Notes: generated by a model from the sequence alone, not told the origin. 62,652 nucleotides of DNA from Deltaproteobacteria bacterium (GCA_016219285.1 JACRNJ010000060.1:1-62652); one strand, 5' to 3'. Counted from the first letter of the stretch, positions 40,329 through 52,558 are shown. Numbers and translations are program-made.

Positions 40329-43300
40329 TTACCTTTTTGTATTTACAACAACACTCCCATCCCCCAAAAGCGCTTCAATGTCTTTTACAAATTTTTCATA
40401 CGGTGCAACCCTAAGATTATCGGATGCTTCAATGACCACCTCTCTGTCATCCAGCAAAATATGGAAATAGACCGTGGTGCTGCCTGAATGGGCATTTAAA
40501 ATTCCCTTTATTTCCTCCAGAGAGCCATTCCCAAATTTAACCGCGCCTGCTTTAATATGAACAGAGGGCTGATTTTGGGATTCATGGTCTCTGTTTTTGC
40601 TGACCCCTGCTCCCTGACCCCCGATAGAAACATTCGGGGGCAGGCCCCTGACCTCAATTTCTTTTGTCTGCGCTGCCGGCTGCTTCAGCTTCACCCCTGC
40701 CAGAGGAAACACGGAACTCGCGATAATCTTTACATTCTCCTCCCCTTTATCAATCTTGCCTTTTACCAGAATAGGCGCATCACCGCTGAAATAGGAAGCG
40801 GCATTTTTATACACATCGGAAAATACAACTACCTCAACAGAGCCTTTGAGGTCTTCCAGGGTAACAAAGGCCATCCGGTCTCCCTTTTTTGTGTTTATCT
40901 CCTTTGCCGCCGTTACTATGCCGGCAATACTTACATCTTCATCGTCCGATTTTTCTTTTAAGCTGTCCGTATCCGCATTTGCTAAATATTTAAGCTCGTT
41001 TGCGTATTTTTCAAGAGGGTGGCCGGTAATGTAAAAACCCAGCGCTTCTTTCTCATAATGTAAGAGCTGGGCCTCATGCCATTCCTCTATGTGCGGAAGC
41101 ATGGGAACAGCTTGCAAATTTATGCCCGGCACCGCACCAAATATGCTTATCTGACCGTTATCCCTGTCTTTCTGCACAGCCTGTGACATATCCATAATCT
41201 TATCCAGTGACGTCATGAGCTGCGCCCTTTTTGCGCCGGTGAAATCAAATGCCCCGCATTTTATCAGGCTTTCTATAACACGTTTGTTCACCTTTCTCAA
41301 GTCAACCCTTGTGCAGAAGTCTGCCATAGAGGTAAACTGTCCGTCCTGCTCTCTTGTCTTGAGTATCACATCTATTGCAGCTTCCCCAACATTCTTTACT
41401 GCGGCCAAACCGAACTTTATCTTATTGCTGACAACGGTAAAATCTTTCCTGCTTTCATTCACGTCCGGCGGCAGTATTCCAATTCCCATATCGCGGCATT
41501 CTCCGATATATTTAATTACCTTGTCGGTATCAGCCGTTTCAGAAGTCAGCATCGCCGCCATAAATTCCACGGGATAGTGCATCTTGAGATATGCAGTTTG
41601 ATACGCAATGAGCGCATATGCTGCGCTGTGAGACTTGTTAAACCCATAACCGGCAAAGTTTGCCATGAGATCAAAAATCTTTTCTGCCTTCTTCTGCTCT
41701 ACCTTATTCTTCTTTGCCCCTTCAATAAATCTTTCCCTTTGGACTACCATCTCTTCGGGAAGTTTTTTGCCCATTGCCTTTCTCAGCACATCGGCGTCAC
41801 CCGGGCTGAAGCCTGCAAGAACCTTGGCTATCTCCATGACCTGCTCCTGATAAACAATTACGCCATAGGTATTGGCCAGTATATCCTTAAGCTGGGGAAG
41901 TTCATATTTTATTGGCGCTTTGCCGTGCTTTCTTTTTATAAAATCATCAACCATGCCGCTTTGGAGCGGTCCAGGCCTATAGAGGGCAACAACCGACATA
42001 ACATCTTCAAACGTCTCAGGTTTCAACTTTCTGAGCAGCTCTTTTATGCCGGAGCTTTCAAGCTGGAATATACAGTTTGTATTGCCGGAACCAAGAAGTT
42101 TATAGGTGCCAACGTCATCAAGCCTTACATTATCTATATCAAGCTCTATCCCCTTATTCTCTTTTACCAGCTTTACCGTACTGTCTATAACCGTCAGGGT
42201 TTTTAAACCAAGAAAATCAAACTTGACAAGGCCTATCTTTTCAACGGCCTTCATATCATACTGCGTTGTCACAACCTCTTCCTTGGGTCCCTTGTAGAGA
42301 GGGAGATATTCTATTAAAGGCTTATTTGCTATGACAACGCCGGCAGCATGGGTGGATGCATGACGGGGAAGACCTTCCAGAGTTTTTGCCACATCCATCA
42401 ATTCTTTAATCCGTATATCCTTGTCAATAAGCTCCTTCAGCCTCGACTCCTGTTTAACGGCATCATCAATGGTTATATTCAATACATTGGGGACAAGCTT
42501 AGCTATTTTATCAACCTCGCTGTAGGGTATATCCATTGCCCTGCCCACATCCCTTATCACCGCCTTCGCCCTCATCTGGCCAAATGTTATTATCTGGCTC
42601 ACATTATCCTTGCCGTATTTTTCCGAAACATATCTTATTACATCGTCTCTGCCTTCAATACAGAAATCTATATCAATATCAGGAAGACTTATCCTGTCAG
42701 GGTTCAAAAATCTTTCAAAAAGGAGATTGTGTTGTATAGGGTCCAGATTGGTAATGCCGAGCGCATAGGCAACAAGACTACCCGCAGCTGACCCCCTGCC
42801 GGGCCCTACCGGTATATGTTGTTTTTTGGCAAAGTTTATGAAATCCGCCACAATAAGAAAATATCCTGCAAACCCCATTGCCTTAACTACCTTAAGTTCT
42901 TTTTCCAGCCTTTCATAATAGTGCCATTTCGTGATTTCGGATTTCGGATTTCGGATTTCGGATTTTACTTCACCTTCCTCTCCCCTTTCTTCCTCCAATC
43001 CCATCGCCCTTAACCGCTTCTCCAGCCCATGCCTTGCTTGATTCTCAAAAAAGGCATCAATATCATTGCCGTCCGGAACAGGAAAAACAGGCAGGTGATG
43101 TTCTTTAAGTTTAAGCTCTAAATTGCACCGCTCGGCAATCTCTATAGTATTCTTTATTGCCTCCGGATAGCTGCTAAACGCCGTTTCCATCTCTTTTGGA
43201 GACTTGAAATAAAACTCATCAGTCCTGAACTTAAGTCTGTCGGTGGCATTTACCGTTTTTCCTGTCTGGATACAGATAAGCACATCATGCGCCCTTGCCT

Positions 43301-43967
43301 CTTCCCTCTTGAGATAATGGCAGTCATTGGTGGCAACCAGAGGTATATCCAGTTTCCTGCTTATTTCCAGAAGCCCTTGGTTCACCTTTTTTTGTTCTTC
43401 AAGTTTATTGTCCTGAAGCTCCAGATAAAATCTCTTGTTATCAAATATTGCCTTATACTCCAGAGCAACCTTTAATGCCTTCTCCTTATTGCCGTTATTC
43501 AAAAGATAGGGAATCTCTCCATGGAGGCAGGAGCTGAGGGCAATCAACCCTTCGTTGTTTGTTTTGAGAAGCTCCTTGTCTATTCTGGGCTTGTAATAGA
43601 AACCTTCAAGATAGGCAGAAGATACAAGCTTGCACAGATTCCTGTACCCCTTTATATTTTTTACCAGAAGTATCAGATGAAACGATACACCTCCGTCTTC
43701 ATCATCCCTGCTTGAGCGATTTATCGCTTTATCAAATCTGCTGCCAGTGGCAACATATGTCTCGCATCCTATGATGGGTTTTATGCCGTAGTGAGATGCC
43801 TTCTCGTAAAACTCAACAGCCCCAAACATGTTCCCGTGGTCAGTCATTGCAAGGGCAGGCATCCTGTATTCCCTGGCAAGATTGAAAAGGTCATCATGCC
43901 TTATAGCCCCGTCAAGCAGACTATACTGCGTGTGCAGATGCAAATGAACAAAATTGGAGTGCTGCAT
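40329..43967 (-). CDS. dnaE: DNA polymerase III alpha subunit
   Basis: FVHLHLHTQYSLLDG, GPGRGSAAGS, PDIDIDF, KFDFLGL, GFNKSH; two repeat-derived in-frame insertions. Confidence 0.98.
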   Translation of the reverse strand: MQHSNFVHLHLHTQYSLLDGAIRHDDLFNLAREYRMPALAMTDHGNMFGAVEFYEKASHYGIKPIIGCETYVATGSRFDKAINRSSRDDEDGGVSFHLILLVKNIKGYRNLCKLVSSAYLEGFYYKPRIDKELLKTNNEGLIALSSCLHGEIPYLLNNGNKEKALKVALEYKAIFDNKRFYLELQDNKLEEQKKVNQGLLEISRKLDIPLVATNDCHYLKREEARAHDVLICIQTGKTVNATDRLKFRTDEFYFKSPKEMETAFSSYPEAIKNTIEIAERCNLELKLKEHHLPVFPVPDGNDIDAFFENQARHGLEKRLRAMGLEEERGEEGEVKSEIRNPKSEITKWHYYERLEKELKVVKAMGFAGYFLIVADFINFAKKQHIPVGPGRGSAAGSLVAYALGITNLDPIQHNLLFERFLNPDRISLPDIDIDFCIEGRDDVIRYVSEKYGKDNVSQIITFGQMRAKAVIRDVGRAMDIPYSEVDKIAKLVPNVLNITIDDAVKQESRLKELIDKDIRIKELMDVAKTLEGLPRHASTHAAGVVIANKPLIEYLPLYKGPKEEVVTTQYDMKAVEKIGLVKFDFLGLKTLTVIDSTVKLVKENKGIELDIDNVRLDDVGTYKLLGSGNTNCIFQLESSGIKELLRKLKPETFEDVMSVVALYRPGPLQSGMVDDFIKRKHGKAPIKYELPQLKDILANTYGVIVYQEQVMEIAKVLAGFSPGDADVLRKAMGKKLPEEMVVQRERFIEGAKKNKVEQKKAEKIFDLMANFAGYGFNKSHSAAYALIAYQTAYLKMHYPVEFMAAMLTSETADTDKVIKYIGECRDMGIGILPPDVNESRKDFTVVSNKIKFGLAAVKNVGEAAIDVILKTREQDGQFTSMADFCTRVDLRKVNKRVIESLIKCGAFDFTGAKRAQLMTSLDKIMDMSQAVQKDRDNGQISIFGAVPGINLQAVPMLPHIEEWHEAQLLHYEKEALGFYITGHPLEKYANELKYLANADTDSLKEKSDDEDVSIAGIVTAAKEINTKKGDRMAFVTLEDLKGSVEVVVFSDVYKNAASYFSGDAPILVKGKIDKGEENVKIIASSVFPLAGVKLKQPAAQTKEIEVRGLPPNVSIGGQGAGVSKNRDHESQNQPSVHIKAGAVKFGNGSLEEIKGILNAHSGSTTVYFHILLDDREVVIEASDNLRVAPYEKFVKDIEALLGDGSVVVNTKR

Positions 43968-44023
43968 GGGAAAAAAGCCTATCATAATTTATGGAGTTTG
44001 AAAAGGGCTAATTCACCTTAATC

Positions 44024-44053
44024 TTGACACTATGGCGTAATAACTGTTAGCAT
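44024..44053 (+). promoter_or_regulatory. putative sigma70 promoter of ppc
   Basis: TTGACA (44024-44029), 18 nt, TAGCAT preceded by TGn. Confidence 0.4.
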
Positions 44054-44116
44054 TTGCAAACAAATCAATAAAAAGCTTACTTCAGAAAGCTTTTTCATAA
44101 ACAAAGAGAGAGGAAG

Positions 44117-47086
44117 GTGGATTATGTGGTAAGAGATAAGAAGAAAAGACCGCCTCGCCAGCTTTCCAATCATCTTATACATGCGAAAGATAAAGCCCTT
44201 CTTGATGATATAGCCTATCTAAAAACAATCCTCCATCAGGTTCTTGAGGAACAGGTTGGGGCAAGGCTGCTCAAGGTCATAGAAGACCTGAGCGCAGCCA
44301 GCGCCCTTCCTGCCAAATACATAAGCCGCTCAATATTATCCAATAAATCCCGGCGCCAAAAATTTTGGTATGGAGGCAGCCTGTTAAAAAAGGTAAAAAG
44401 CCTTAGTCTGAATGAGGCAGTCCGGATTATCCAGGCATACTCAATAAATTTCCAGCTTATCAATCTGGCCGAAGAAAATTTCAGCATGCAGGACAGACGG
44501 GCAACGCAAAGGAACGGCCAGCCTGTCCCCGGCTCTCTGGAGGAATGCATCAAATCGTTTAAGCAAAAAGGCATTGGTCATGATGAAGTGCAGCTTCTCT
44601 TAACCCGACTCGGGGTCATGCCGGTAATAACAGCGCACCCAACAGAGGTGAAAAGAAGAACCGTTCTGGAAAAACACAGAAAGATATATCTTGCAATATT
44701 CAAAAAGGAAAACACTATATGGACAAAGAGAGAAAAAGAGCTTATACGGGAAGACATACTGGGAGAGGTTCAGAAGCTCTGGCAGACCGGAGATATACGG
44801 CTGGCCCGCCCCAGGGTAGAAGAAGAAGTTTTAAACGGTTTTTTTTATTTCAATAAAACATTTTTTGACGTCCTGCCCATGCTGTATGACGAGCTTTTTT
44901 ACCAGCTTCGCAAATATTACCCCGGATATAAATTTTTCATGCCCCGGACGGACGGCAGCCGCCGGACTGCCTTCCTGCCGCTATTCTCATTCGGCAGCTG
45001 GATAGGCGGCGACAGGGATGGAAATCCGTTTGTAACCAGTGAAAAGATAAACTGGACGTTAACGTCGCACAAGGAATTAGTCCTTTCCAAATACGTAGAA
45101 ATCGTATCTGCGCTTATATCCAAATTAAGCATATCCCGGCAGCTTATCTCTCCCAGCAGCGAGCTTCTTACATCCATAAAGCATGATGCGCGAGATATGG
45201 ATGCTGACGGACAAAAGATACTATCAAGAAATCCCCATGAACCATACCGACAGAAACTTTCTCTTATCAAGAGAAAACTTGAAAATACCTTAAAGGCAGG
45301 GGCCAGGGGGCAGGGGTCAGAGGGCAGGTTTGAAGAAACTGTAACTCAAGGCTTTAGCCTTGAAGGCGTCAAACCTGAAGGTTTGAGTTACAGGAACGCT
45401 GAAGAATTTATACAGGATTTGAACATAATAAAGGCAAGCCTTCATGAAAATAAGGGAGAAAGGATTTCAAAACTTGATATTGAGCCGCTGATAAGGCAGG
45501 CAGAAACCTTTGGCTTTCATCTGGCAAAGCTGGATATACGGCAGCACAGTGAAATCCATAGAATGGCTATTGCAGAATTGTTAGAAAAGGCCTGCATTGT
45601 AAAATCAGGATACCTTGCCTTGCCGGAGCATGACAAGGCAAGGATCCTTTCCAAAGAGCTTGCCTCTATAAGACCTTTGGTGCCGGACTATCTGCATCTG
45701 TCACCCGAAACAAAAGAGGTCCTGGATACATTCAGGGTAATCAAACATGCCCAGGAAGAAATAAGCTGGGATGCCGTAGGCTCTTACATAGTCAGTATGA
45801 CGCACAACGCAAGCGATATCCTGGCCGTTCAGCTTCTGGCCAAGGAGGCTGGGCTTTGCGGGGTCGGCGGCGATAACGAGCTGTTTAACAGGCTTGACAT
45901 CGTGCCGCTCTTTGAAACCATAGACGACTTAAGGAGGGCTCCGGCTATACTCAGAGAACTATTTTCAAACCATACCTATAGAAGATATCTTGCAAAAAGA
46001 GATAATATGTATGAGGTTATGCTCGGCTATTCAGACAGCTGCAAAGACGGCGGCATATTAACATCAGGGTGGGAACTCTATCAGGCTCAGAAGATAATAA
46101 CAGAGACGGCAGCGGCATATAAGCTTAAGCTGAAATTCTTTCATGGAAGAGGCGGTACCGTCGGCAGAGGCGGAGGCCCTACGCACAAGGCAATCCTTGC
46201 CCAGCCGCGAGGCACGGTCAACGGCCTTATCAAGATAACGGAACAGGGCGAAGTCATATCCTCCAAATATGCAAATCTCGGCACAGCATTGTATAATTTA
46301 AACATGCTCGTTGCCGGGGTTATGGAGGCAACATTAGACAGTGAACAGTTAACGGTTAACAGTGAACAGTCAAACAAAGAAATTATATTTGAGGAGGCAT
46401 TCAAGGAAATTTCCGAAATATCTTACAGACTCTACCGGGAGCTGGTTGATGATGCGGATTTTTTAACATACTTTTATCAGGCCACTCCCATAGAAGAACT
46501 GGAGCATCTCAATATAGGCTCCCGGCCAACATACAGAAAGGGGGGCGGCAAGGTAGAAGATTTGCGGGCAATCCCATGGGTTTTTAGCTGGAACCAAAGC
46601 AGACATATCGTACCGGGATGGTATCCGTTTGGTTCCAGTCTGGAGACGTTTATCGGCGGCAATGCCGGGCGCAAGAGGCTCCTTCAGGATATGTATGAGC
46701 ATTGGCCATTTTTTAATAATCTCGTAGATAATATTCAGATGGTTATCGCAAAATCAGACATGACAATCGCCGGATTCTACTCTTCATTGGTAAAAGATAA
46801 AAGGATAAGACATAGGATTTATAAAAAAATCAATGCGGAGTTTAACCTTACGGTAAAAATGCTCTTAATGATTACAAAACAAAAGAAGATATTGGATAAC
46901 AGCCAGTTTCTTCAAAAATCTATAGATATGAGAAAACCGAGTATAGACCCCGTAAATTATATTCAGGTCACACTTTTAAAACGACTGCGAAATGGAAGTT
47001 TAACCGGCAATGAAAAAGAAAAATTAATCGCAACGCTCATGATGAGTATCAACTGCATCGCAGCCGGGCTGCGTAACACAGGCTAA
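44117..47086 (+). CDS. ppc: phosphoenolpyruvate carboxylase
   Basis: TAHPTE, GSWIGGDRDGNP, VMLGYSDSCKDGG, FHGRGGTVGRGG, LRAIPW, C-terminal IAAGLRNTG. Confidence 0.97.
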   Translation: MDYVVRDKKKRPPRQLSNHLIHAKDKALLDDIAYLKTILHQVLEEQVGARLLKVIEDLSAASALPAKYISRSILSNKSRRQKFWYGGSLLKKVKSLSLNEAVRIIQAYSINFQLINLAEENFSMQDRRATQRNGQPVPGSLEECIKSFKQKGIGHDEVQLLLTRLGVMPVITAHPTEVKRRTVLEKHRKIYLAIFKKENTIWTKREKELIREDILGEVQKLWQTGDIRLARPRVEEEVLNGFFYFNKTFFDVLPMLYDELFYQLRKYYPGYKFFMPRTDGSRRTAFLPLFSFGSWIGGDRDGNPFVTSEKINWTLTSHKELVLSKYVEIVSALISKLSISRQLISPSSELLTSIKHDARDMDADGQKILSRNPHEPYRQKLSLIKRKLENTLKAGARGQGSEGRFEETVTQGFSLEGVKPEGLSYRNAEEFIQDLNIIKASLHENKGERISKLDIEPLIRQAETFGFHLAKLDIRQHSEIHRMAIAELLEKACIVKSGYLALPEHDKARILSKELASIRPLVPDYLHLSPETKEVLDTFRVIKHAQEEISWDAVGSYIVSMTHNASDILAVQLLAKEAGLCGVGGDNELFNRLDIVPLFETIDDLRRAPAILRELFSNHTYRRYLAKRDNMYEVMLGYSDSCKDGGILTSGWELYQAQKIITETAAAYKLKLKFFHGRGGTVGRGGGPTHKAILAQPRGTVNGLIKITEQGEVISSKYANLGTALYNLNMLVAGVMEATLDSEQLTVNSEQSNKEIIFEEAFKEISEISYRLYRELVDDADFLTYFYQATPIEELEHLNIGSRPTYRKGGGKVEDLRAIPWVFSWNQSRHIVPGWYPFGSSLETFIGGNAGRKRLLQDMYEHWPFFNNLVDNIQMVIAKSDMTIAGFYSSLVKDKRIRHRIYKKINAEFNLTVKMLLMITKQKKILDNSQFLQKSIDMRKPSIDPVNYIQVTLLKRLRNGSLTGNEKEKLIATLMMSINCIAAGLRNTG
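45294..45392. repeat. heptamer run plus REP doublet inserted in frame in ppc
   Basis: (GGCAGG-type heptamers) 45294-45328, then TGTAACTCAAGGCTTTAGCCTTGA..TCAAACCTGAAGGTTTGAGTTACA 45340-45392, near-identical to intergenic 22710-22763. Confidence 0.9.
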
Positions 47087-47305
47087 CAGTGAAATAGCTA
47101 TTAAAAACCTCGCTATTTTACAAACCTGCGATTTGGCTGCCATACTTCGTTATCGAACAATTTTTGTTCCTCACCGTATCGGTGAACATACGGCTCGTCT
47201 CAAATAACACACCCCTTTAGTCCCCTCTCGAGAGGGGATTTAGGGGTGTGTTGTCTAACAGCCAACTTACAGGTTTCCCCGAAAATCAATGTCTATTTTT
47301 TGGGG
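47087..47305 (-). repeat. MITE-like structured element, family A copy 3 (reverse orientation)
   Basis: Reverse complement of the family A ends; has both the CCGTAT..ATACGG hairpin (as copy 1) and the CACACCCCT..AGGGGTGTG hairpin (as copy 2). Confidence 0.85.
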
Positions 47306-47322
47306 CTAATTTAAATACCAGT

Positions 47323-48459
47323 ATGAAAACTGCTTTCTTATATTCTGATGAGTTTGGCAAATACAGCTACGGCTCAAGCCACCCGATGATGCCTGTCAGG
47401 CTCATAATTACCTACGAACTCATAAAGTCATACGGTCTTTTAAACACGCCGGATACCCGGCTGATTGATGCAAGAAAGGCAACAGAGGCGGAACTTCTTT
47501 GCTTTCACACAAAGGAGTATATTAAAACACTGAAACAGGCAGACTCGGGAGATATGCCGGAAAACGGGTGGAGGCACGGCCTCGGATTTGGCGATAATCC
47601 TGTTTTTAAAGGAGTCTATGCATGGTCGCTTTATTCAGCGGGTGCGTCTCTTCAGGCTGCGGAGTTAGTCTCGTCCGGAAAAACCGACATCGCCTTTAAC
47701 ATCTGCGGCGGCCTGCATCACGCAATGGCAGACAAGGCATCGGGCTTTTGCTATCTGAATGACGCTGTCCTTGCAATTAAATATCTGCTCACCAGGGGTA
47801 AAAGGATTGCCTATGTTGACATAGATGCCCATCACGGCGACGGTGTGCAGGCAGCGTTTTATGACACAGACCGGGTTTTAACAATCTCTCTGCATGAGAG
47901 CGGGCATTATCTTTTTCCGGGGACTGGATTTCCCAATGAGGCAGGCGTTGGCAAAGGCAAGGGTTACTCAGTCAATCTTCCTTTGCCGCCGGAGGCGGAT
48001 GATGTGGTTTTTACAAAAAGTTTTAAGGATATCGTGCCGCTGTTTATTGACAGATTCAAACCGGATATAATTGTTACGCAACTTGGCGTAGACACATTCA
48101 GGACTGACCCCATAACCCATCTTAATCTTACAACCAATGGCTTTGAGATATTGATAAACTATTTTAAGTCATGCGGCCTGCCATGGATTGCCCTGGGCGG
48201 AGGTGGTTATAACCTTGACAACGTGGCAAGGGCGTGGACATTGGCATGGACTGTGATGAATGGCGTGAAACTGCAAAACAAGATACCTCATGAATTTGCT
48301 CATATGGCAGAAAAGTTTGGTGTCAGCAGAAATTCGGTCGTTGATGAACCATTTGGACTTGCAGCCGAAAAAAGAGAGCAGCTTTTAGAATCTATGCAAG
48401 GTGATATTGCATTTCTAAAGAAAGATGTGTTACCTTTGATAAAAACAGGCAATAGGTGA
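47323..48459 (+). CDS. acuC: acetoin utilization protein AcuC / class I HDAC-family deacetylase
   Basis: HPMMPVR, GGLHHA, SGFCYLND, DIDAHHGDG, GGGGY. Confidence 0.9.
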   Translation: MKTAFLYSDEFGKYSYGSSHPMMPVRLIITYELIKSYGLLNTPDTRLIDARKATEAELLCFHTKEYIKTLKQADSGDMPENGWRHGLGFGDNPVFKGVYAWSLYSAGASLQAAELVSSGKTDIAFNICGGLHHAMADKASGFCYLNDAVLAIKYLLTRGKRIAYVDIDAHHGDGVQAAFYDTDRVLTISLHESGHYLFPGTGFPNEAGVGKGKGYSVNLPLPPEADDVVFTKSFKDIVPLFIDRFKPDIIVTQLGVDTFRTDPITHLNLTTNGFEILINYFKSCGLPWIALGGGGYNLDNVARAWTLAWTVMNGVKLQNKIPHEFAHMAEKFGVSRNSVVDEPFGLAAEKREQLLESMQGDIAFLKKDVLPLIKTGNR

Positions 48460-48522
48460 TAGACAATAGGCAATAGGACCAACAAAAATCCATAGCCTAT
48501 GGCGGCCCCTTGCCCATAGCCT
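48447..48522. repeat. inverted heptamer array (GGCAATA)/(TAGCCTA)
   Basis: aggcaataggtgatagacaataggcaatagg ... ccatagcctatggc..ccttgcccatagcct. Confidence 0.75.
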
Positions 48523-48530
48523 GTATTCAT

Positions 48531-49640
48531 ATGATAATAGGCATTCCAAAAGAGATTAAAGATAATGAGTATCGTGTTGCCATAACACCAGCAGGCGTCA
48601 ATGTCCTTACCAGGGCAGGGCATAAGATAATAATTGAAAATGGCGCCGGCATTGGCAGCGGAATAAGCAATGAGGAGTATCTAGATGAGGGCGCAAAGAC
48701 GGTTGACACAGCCCACGAGGTATTTAAGTCGGCTGATATGATTGTGAAGGTCAAAGAACCGCTCCCTCAGGAATATCCATTATTACGAAAAGACCAGATG
48801 CTTTTTACCTACCTTCACCTTGCCCCAATGCCTGAACTGACCAGTGCACTGATAAAAAGCGGTATCATCGCTGTTGCCTATGAAACGGTTGAGCTTCAGG
48901 ACGGAAATCTTCCGATACTGACGCCCATGAGCGAGGTTGCGGGAAAAATAGCTGTTCAGGTTGGCGCATATTATCTGATGAAGACAAACGGCGGAAGAGG
49001 AGTGCTGCTTGGCAGCGTGCCGGGCGTAGAAAAAGGGAAGGTGGCGATTATTGGCGGAGGGGTGGTTGGGACAAACGCTGCAAAGATAGCAGTAGGGTTG
49101 GGGGCAAAGGTTGTTATCATAAACCGTGGCCTTGAAAGGCTGCGTTATCTTGACGACATATTTGGAGACAGGATAGAGACCTATGCCTCAAATGCGTATA
49201 ATATTGAAAAGGCGGTTATAGACGCTGACCTCGTCATTGGTGGGGTTCTCATTACCGGCGCCAAGGCACCGCATTTGGTTACAAGAAACATGATTTCAAA
49301 AATGAGAAAGGGCTCTGTAATTGTAGATGTATCTGTTGACCAGGGCGGCTGCGTAGAAACTATTAAGCCAACAACTCACTCAAACCCTGTTTATGAAATC
49401 GATGGTATTATTCATTACGGCGTTACAAATATGCCTGGCGCTGTACCGAGAACATCAACTTTTGCACTTACAAACGCAACTCTGCCATATATTGTAAAAA
49501 TAGCAAATCTCGGAGTTGATGCATTAAAACAAGACGCCGCTTTAGCAAAAGGAGTTAATATATTTAAAGGAAAGATAACACATAGCGCTGTTGCAAGCGC
49601 AATATCAATGAATTTTATTCCTCTTGAAGGGTTGATTTAG
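48531..49640 (+). CDS. ald: alanine dehydrogenase
   Basis: [46 protein letters not shown]. Confidence 0.96.
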   Translation: MIIGIPKEIKDNEYRVAITPAGVNVLTRAGHKIIIENGAGIGSGISNEEYLDEGAKTVDTAHEVFKSADMIVKVKEPLPQEYPLLRKDQMLFTYLHLAPMPELTSALIKSGIIAVAYETVELQDGNLPILTPMSEVAGKIAVQVGAYYLMKTNGGRGVLLGSVPGVEKGKVAIIGGGVVGTNAAKIAVGLGAKVVIINRGLERLRYLDDIFGDRIETYASNAYNIEKAVIDADLVIGGVLITGAKAPHLVTRNMISKMRKGSVIVDVSVDQGGCVETIKPTTHSNPVYEIDGIIHYGVTNMPGAVPRTSTFALTNATLPYIVKIANLGVDALKQDAALAKGVNIFKGKITHSAVASAISMNFIPLEGLI

Positions 49641-49812
49641 ATATAATTTAGCAGCGCCTTTTTTCACACAACCTCTATCAATTCTTTCAAACAATTGACA
49701 ATTAATTTTGAATTTTAGCTAACGGACTTAATTTAATTATTGACATATTATACAAAAAATGTTTACTTCTACATTTCAAATTTTTTAATACGGCTAAAGG
49801 AGGCTACTACTT

Positions 49813-50976
49813 ATGGGAATTAAGAACTATCTTTTTACATCAGAATCTGTTACCGAGGGACATCCCGACAAGGTTGCTGATCAGATATCTGATTCTGTCC
49901 TGGATGCAATACTCTCACAAGACCAAAAGAGCAGGGTAGCTTGTGAAACGCTTGTCACAACAGGTCTGGCGCTTGTAGCAGGAGAGATAACCACAAAGGC
50001 TCAGTTAAACTATCCCGATATTATAAGGAATACTATCAGGGATATAGGCTACACCGATGCCAGTATGGGTTTTGATGCGCATACCTGCGCCGTTATGGTA
50101 ACACTGGATAAACAGTCGCCTGATATCGCAATGGGCGTTGACACTACTGAAGGCAAGGAGCAAGGGGCTGGAGACCAGGGACTTATGTTTGGATATGCAT
50201 GCAACCATACACCGGAACTTATGCCCATGCCTATACATTTTGCGCACAAGATAACACAGAGGCTTGCAGAGGCAAGAAAAAGTGGCGAGCTCAAGTTTTT
50301 GAGGCCGGATGGAAAATCTCAGGTTACAATACAATATATTAATAACAGGCCTGTAAAGGTTGATACGGTTGTGGTCTCAAGCCAGCATTCGCCTGATGTT
50401 GATAATAAAAAACTAAGAGAGGCTATAATTGAAGAGGTTGTAAAAAAGGTTATCCCGGCCGAGTTCTTGGATAAAAACACAAAGTATTATATAAACCCCA
50501 CAGGAAGGTTTGTTGTAGGCGGCCCTCAGGGTGACTGCGGGTTGACAGGAAGAAAGATAATAGTTGATACATACGGCGGCCACGGAAGCCACGGCGGCGG
50601 AGCATTTTCAGGCAAAGACCCGTCAAAGGTGGACAGGTCTGCCTCATATATGGCAAGGTATGTTGCAAAGAATGTGGTTGCAGCAGGCCTTGCAGATGAA
50701 TGCGAGGTGCAGCTAGCATATGCAATAGGCGTTGCCGAACCGGTATCAGTTATGGTTGACACATTTGACACAGAAAAGATTGCGCCGGAAAAGATTGTCC
50801 ATCTCATTCAGGAAAGCTTCAAGATGAAGCCGGCAGATATCATAAAAACACTGGATCTTCTCAGACCCATCTATAGAAAAACAGCTTCCAACGGCCATTT
50901 CGGCAGAAATGAGCCCGAATTCACATGGGAGAAAACCGATAAGGCAGCGGCATTGAAGAAAGCAGCAAAACTGTAA
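49813..50976 (+). CDS. metK: methionine adenosyltransferase
   Basis: [35 protein letters not shown]. Confidence 0.98.
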   Translation: MGIKNYLFTSESVTEGHPDKVADQISDSVLDAILSQDQKSRVACETLVTTGLALVAGEITTKAQLNYPDIIRNTIRDIGYTDASMGFDAHTCAVMVTLDKQSPDIAMGVDTTEGKEQGAGDQGLMFGYACNHTPELMPMPIHFAHKITQRLAEARKSGELKFLRPDGKSQVTIQYINNRPVKVDTVVVSSQHSPDVDNKKLREAIIEEVVKKVIPAEFLDKNTKYYINPTGRFVVGGPQGDCGLTGRKIIVDTYGGHGSHGGGAFSGKDPSKVDRSASYMARYVAKNVVAAGLADECEVQLAYAIGVAEPVSVMVDTFDTEKIAPEKIVHLIQESFKMKPADIIKTLDLLRPIYRKTASNGHFGRNEPEFTWEKTDKAAALKKAAKL

Positions 50977-50979
50977 TAT

Positions 50980-52352
<1,373 letters not shown>

Positions 52353-52353
52353 T

Positions 52354-52425
52354 ACGATTTTAGATTGTAGATTTAAGATTTTAGATTTTTTAAAATCGTA
52401 AATCTTAATTCGTAAATTGTAAATC
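52354..52425. repeat. inverted heptamer array (TTTAGAT)/(ATCGTAA)
   Basis: acgattttagattgtagatttaagattttagatt ... aatcgtaaatcttaattcgtaaattgtaaatc. Confidence 0.9.
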
Positions 52426-52431
52426 ATTAAC

Positions 52432-52507
<76 letters not shown>

Positions 52508-52558
52508 GATTGGCTGGGGAAATACTACTATAAGTTTTCTTAAGAATGGAGACAGTAT

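Noticed and set aside
40329-43967. Intein in DnaE
   Set aside because: Insertions are only ~20-30 aa and lack intein C/S...HN motifs.
47248-47322. N-terminal extensions given by the ORF track for acuC (also rimP, rodZ, ald, hisC)
   Set aside because: They run through repeats, leaders or the neighbouring gene; downstream starts match the family N-termini.
49641-49812. SAM riboswitch upstream of metK
   Set aside because: AT-rich promoter-like region (TTGACA present) without recognisable SAM-I/II conserved elements.
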